DNA of 64,000 bases from Nanobdellati archaeon (GTDB lineage: Archaea; EX4484-52; GLR71). Shown here piece after piece: positions 60,670 through 64,000 of the stretch. The notes under the pieces were generated by a model that saw nothing but the letters and a program-made list of their open reading frames with translations, searched no databases and was not told the origin of the DNA. A program made the translations under genes and the position numbers. The first letter of the stretch is position 1, and each line of letters starts with the position of its first letter. The stretch is from NCBI GenBank assembly GCA_019429005.1, contig JAHYJR010000001.1, positions 195,232-259,231 of the forward strand, written 5' to 3'.

Positions 60670-62700
60670 TTAAACTTTTTTGATCTTACCATTTCTAGGT
60701 TCAAAAAGTTCACCATCATTTTTTAATTTGGTTATTATTTCTTCAATTTTAGCATCACTATCTGCAATACCTTCTTCTTGAGCTCTTGCAATGATATCTT
60801 CTTTATCTACCATTTTATCTAGACTTTCTTCAGTAAGTTCATCAATTATTCTCAATATATCAATAATCTTACCTCTCTGGCTTGTTGTTGTACCTGAAGA
60901 CATTCTATCTATATCAAACTTACCTGTCTCAGGATCAATACCAACTTGGTTAAGACAATATGTTAATAGTCTTATCGCTTTATCTGCATCTTTTGCAAGC
61001 ACTTTTTCTGAAAGTCTAACACGTGCATTTGCTTCAGAAAGTCTTACAAGTGCTTCAAGTTGTCTTGCCGTCAAAGGTACTGCAGATCGTTCATCATCAG
61101 AACCATTCTGATTACGTATATCAACATAAAATTTTTGAATCTTATCTGTTGCGCCTTTTGTTAATTTTGGACTACAATTTTTTCGTGAATATGCAATAAA
61201 TTTTCGTAACATATCTGTCTCAATTGGCGGTTTATCACTTGTAGGATTTTCATGTAGTTTCAGTATGTGTTTAGCAATTCGCGTATCGACTTCTCTATTT
61301 GGTATGTCTTTAATTGGAAATATCAAATCAAAACGACTTATCAATGTATCTGGAAGATTTATCTGGTCTGGTATTGGCATCATTGTATCAAAACGCCCAA
61401 ATTTAGGATTTGCAGCTGCAAGAATGATTGTTTTACAACTTAATGTTGCCTGGATTGTTGCTTTTGATACTGTAACTGTCTGTTGTTCCATAGCTTCATG
61501 CATAGCACTTCTATCATTATCACTCATCTTATCCATTTCATCTATTGCTGCAAGACCGTTGTTTGCAAGAACCAATGCACCAGCTTCAAGAGACCAACCA
61601 CCTGTAAATTCATCTTTTACAACAGCTGCTGTAATACCCGCACCACTTGCAGATTTACCCACAATATATTTTCCTTTAGGTGCCAAATCAGACACATATT
61701 TAAGCATTTGACTTTTACCTGCACCAGGGTCTCCTATAAGTAACATATGGATATCTCCACGGGTTCTAACACCATCTGATCTGACTTTTGTAACGCCGCT
61801 GAAAAGTTGTAATGATATTGCTTCTTTAATTTGAAGATGCCCTTCTATGGATGGTGCTATAGAATATTTTAATTTATCATAGATATCCTTATCTGCTGCC
61901 ATTTTCTTAATTAGTTTCTCCTCTTCTTTAGTGATTATTATATCTTCAAATTCTGTAACAATTGTTTCTAGGTAATTAGCTTCAAGATATATATCTCTTT
62001 TTTTTGTTTCTTTACCCTGTTCAATCCTTATTGGAACATCTTTGATTATACCTGTTATACTAACTTCATTTCCAGGCACAACCTTTTTTTGGAATGTTGG
62101 GTCAACAAGATCATTTCTAAGGTATACTCCAATTTTTCTAGCTTGTTGTCCGCCTTCAAGCATACCCGGGTTTTCTTCAACAACAATTCTTTGTAAATCT
62201 ACAAGTCGTCTGTCTGTCAATTCAAATCCTCGCCTGTTTCCACATTCGCACATGTAAGGCTGTATTAGGTTTGGTTTTGATTGGATCAATGTTATAGTTT
62301 GGCTACATGCAGGACATTCAAATATTGCAACAGTGATTTCTGGACGTACTTCACTTGCTTGTTTGATTAGACCTTTAATTGCAATAAATTTGTTTATGTG
62401 TTTACTTCTGATATTCTTGATTGGTACCATTTCTGAATTTGGTATGTTTGTAAACCGTACTGCAATTTTTTCTGAAAGTTCTTCATCGCCAATATCAATG
62501 TTCGCTATGGCTTCATCAGCTGCTAGCAGACATTCTTCAGGTTTTTCAAGAAAATAATCTGCAAGTTCAGGGTCAAAACTCTCAAAATCTTCAAAATCAA
62601 CAACAATAGGGTTTACTGATTGTACAGCTAGGATTAGTTGTTTATAATAGATATCGCTAAAAAAAACTTCAAATTTTCGTAATATATCTGAGTAGTCCAT
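60670..62700 (-). CDS. mcm: Minichromosome maintenance (MCM) replicative helicase
   Basis: 676 aa. Zn motif (CPACS...C.CG), Walker A GDPGAGKSQ, Walker B IDEMDKM, arginine finger SRFDL, C-terminal wH. Confidence 0.93.
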   Translation of the reverse strand: MDYSDILRKFEVFFSDIYYKQLILAVQSVNPIVVDFEDFESFDPELADYFLEKPEECLLAADEAIANIDIGDEELSEKIAVRFTNIPNSEMVPIKNIRSKHINKFIAIKGLIKQASEVRPEITVAIFECPACSQTITLIQSKPNLIQPYMCECGNRRGFELTDRRLVDLQRIVVEENPGMLEGGQQARKIGVYLRNDLVDPTFQKKVVPGNEVSITGIIKDVPIRIEQGKETKKRDIYLEANYLETIVTEFEDIIITKEEEKLIKKMAADKDIYDKLKYSIAPSIEGHLQIKEAISLQLFSGVTKVRSDGVRTRGDIHMLLIGDPGAGKSQMLKYVSDLAPKGKYIVGKSASGAGITAAVVKDEFTGGWSLEAGALVLANNGLAAIDEMDKMSDNDRSAMHEAMEQQTVTVSKATIQATLSCKTIILAAANPKFGRFDTMMPIPDQINLPDTLISRFDLIFPIKDIPNREVDTRIAKHILKLHENPTSDKPPIETDMLRKFIAYSRKNCSPKLTKGATDKIQKFYVDIRNQNGSDDERSAVPLTARQLEALVRLSEANARVRLSEKVLAKDADKAIRLLTYCLNQVGIDPETGKFDIDRMSSGTTTSQRGKIIDILRIIDELTEESLDKMVDKEDIIARAQEEGIADSDAKIEEIITKLKNDGELFEPRNGKIKKV

Positions 62701-62849
62701 TAAAAATACATTCCTATTTAATTATTTTAAATCTACCTTATCGTTTTATGTTGATATATTAGATGTTGTCTGTTCTAGTTTATTTTTTTAACTGACTACT
62801 GAAGGTGTTAAGTTCATCAAATTGATATTAACTTAGAAATATGTGTTTA

Positions 62850-63413
62850 TCAAGATGACGTTAACGAATTGGTATCTTTATTCAGTTTTTCAAGCACAAT
62901 TTTTAATTTTCCAATCGCTTCATGTACCATTTCACTGCTTTTTCCACCAGTACATATAACTTTTCCAGATCTGAACAGTAAAAATACAACTTTTGGATCT
63001 AAAAATCTTAATACAAGACCGGGGAATTGCTCTGGTTCGTATTCAGTACCTTCGAGCGTGAATGCTATTTTATTTAGATTAAGTTCTTCTGCGACTTTTG
63101 TTGATGCGACCATATTATGGACTGTTATGTCTGAATCATGAGGTATTTCAATACCGATGGATCTTATGTCTTCAAGAAGTATATTTATAGCACTTGTTGC
63201 TTGTTCAGATGATTTTGTGCCTGTACATACAATTTTACCCGAATTAAATACTAATGCAGCAGATTTAGGTTCTTTGATTCTATATACAAGACCGGGGAAT
63301 TGTTCTGGTTCATATTCAGTACCTTCAAGTTCAAGGGATAATTGTGATAGTGGTATTTTTGTGTTTGTTGTGCATGATGCAACAACATTATGTATCTTTA
63401 TTTCCTCATCCAT
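62850..63413 (-). CDS. tbp: TATA-box-binding protein
   Basis: 187 aa. Two direct repeats (EYEPEQFPGLVYR / EYEPEQFPGLVLR). Confidence 0.93.
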   Translation of the reverse strand: MDEEIKIHNVVASCTTNTKIPLSQLSLELEGTEYEPEQFPGLVYRIKEPKSAALVFNSGKIVCTGTKSSEQATSAINILLEDIRSIGIEIPHDSDITVHNMVASTKVAEELNLNKIAFTLEGTEYEPEQFPGLVLRFLDPKVVFLLFRSGKVICTGGKSSEMVHEAIGKLKIVLEKLNKDTNSLTSS

Positions 63414-63565
63414 AATATCAGCTTAATTTGTATTTTAGAATATCTAAATTAGAGTATCTATTTTACATATATTTACTAATCTTTAAATTATGTCCGTTAT
63501 ATATGTGTGCACTCGAAGGTGAATACATTTTATTAAATTTCTTTGTTTTTATAGTTTATTCTTAT

Positions 63566-64000
63566 TTAACCTTTTTTTATAAGTTCTTTCCAATTTTGTC
63601 TATAATTATTGAATTTTTGATTAAATATTTCTTTTTTAGTTTCAGTTATATCTAATTCGAAAAATAGTTTTTTAAGTTCTTGCAATTTAGTCTCTTTATT
63701 TTCCTCAGAACACATATATTCTAATTCTATTATATACCCATAACCTTTTGTGTTATCAAGTGTAACTGTTACATTTTTCCATAAGTATATAAGACGTTTT
63801 CTAAACCATTGTATCTCTATTGAATATCCAAGTGTTTCAAATATATCCATCATGTTTTGATATTGCGTTTTTTCAATTATGACTTCAATTTCTTTTCGAT
63901 AGTCATCGTGTATTTGTCCATTTTTGAGTATTATTTTTGCATTCTTACAATTTTGTTGTAATCTTAAATCATTGTCACCCGTAAAATAAGTCGTCTTCTG
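63566..64000 (-). CDS. CYTH-domain protein (triphosphate tunnel metalloenzyme / class IV adenylate cyclase-like), 5' end beyond the window
   Basis: The minus-strand frame is open from 64000 to a stop at 63566; the track begins at an internal Met. C-terminal GYGYIIELE resembles the CYTH acidic strand. Weak call. Confidence 0.35.
   Translation of the reverse strand, partial: QKTTYFTGDNDLRLQQNCKNAKIILKNGQIHDDYRKEIEVIIEKTQYQNMMDIFETLGYSIEIQWFRKRLIYLWKNVTVTLDNTKGYGYIIELEYMCSEENKETKLQELKKLFFELDITETKKEIFNQKFNNYRQNWKELIKKG

Noticed and set aside
63428-63655. 75-aa plus-strand ORF
   Set aside because: It overlaps the 3' region of the minus-strand CYTH-like gene and intergenic AT-rich sequence, with hydrophobic low-complexity translation.

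Overview
This is an AT-rich archaeal chromosomal segment of roughly 30% GC. No species assignment is possible from the window alone. Most of it is core information-processing genes at high coding density, with an accessory-looking interval at 4.2-11.7 kb.

Core genes, read from protein motifs in the ORF translations:
- gatD, an HD-like gene, and gatE.
- tRNA-Gln(CTG).
- Seven aminoacyl-tRNA synthetase genes: alaS, leuS, cysS with tRNA-Cys(GCA) immediately downstream, pheT-pheS, trpS and glyS.
- The conserved archaeal cluster ftsZ-secE-spt5(nusG)-L11-L1-L10(P0)-L12(P1).
- FKBP, glutamate dehydrogenase, minD, and a sulfur-mobilisation neighbourhood (E1-like ThiF/MoeB, ThiI-like PP-loop, Fe-S protein, SufS-like cysteine desulfurase).
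- PAP2, CorC/CNNM, archaeal adenylate kinase, CDP-alcohol phosphatidyltransferase, a radical SAM protein, tRNA-splicing endonuclease, tRNA-Phe(GAA), tRNA-Asn(GUU).
- top6B-top6A, KH protein, DHH phosphoesterase, RIO kinase, eIF1A, NMD3-like, aIF2-beta, HAD hydrolases, an OB-fold/wH protein, MCM, TBP, and a CYTH protein truncated at the window edge.

The accessory-looking interval (4.2-11.7 kb, between gatE and tRNA-Gln) holds hypothetical proteins, one with an HExxH-x19-E zinc-peptidase motif and one with perfect 24-nt tandem repeats. It also holds a 1.85-kb ORF-free, T-skewed low-complexity region with a GTTATAACA palindrome array. Two wHTH regulator genes there are separated by an array of the exact 10-mer TTAGGCACTA, and a 60-aa ORF may be a transposase N-terminal remnant. 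No integrase is seen. An ATP-cone/Mrr-like nuclease fusion lies just beyond tRNA-Gln.

Other oddities:
- A chorismate-mutase-like ORF carries an in-frame TAA at a conserved Glu position.
- A GNAT gene is frameshifted in a T6 run.
- Long (ATT)n and TTTTTATTATT microsatellites sit upstream of glyS and the radical SAM gene.
- Ribosomal L11 carries an unusual ~75-aa C-terminal extension.
- A palindrome TGTGTCA-NN-TGACACA occurs at two intergenic sites.

No CRISPR array and no rRNA were seen. All protein calls rest on reading motifs in the translations. No database searches were run.
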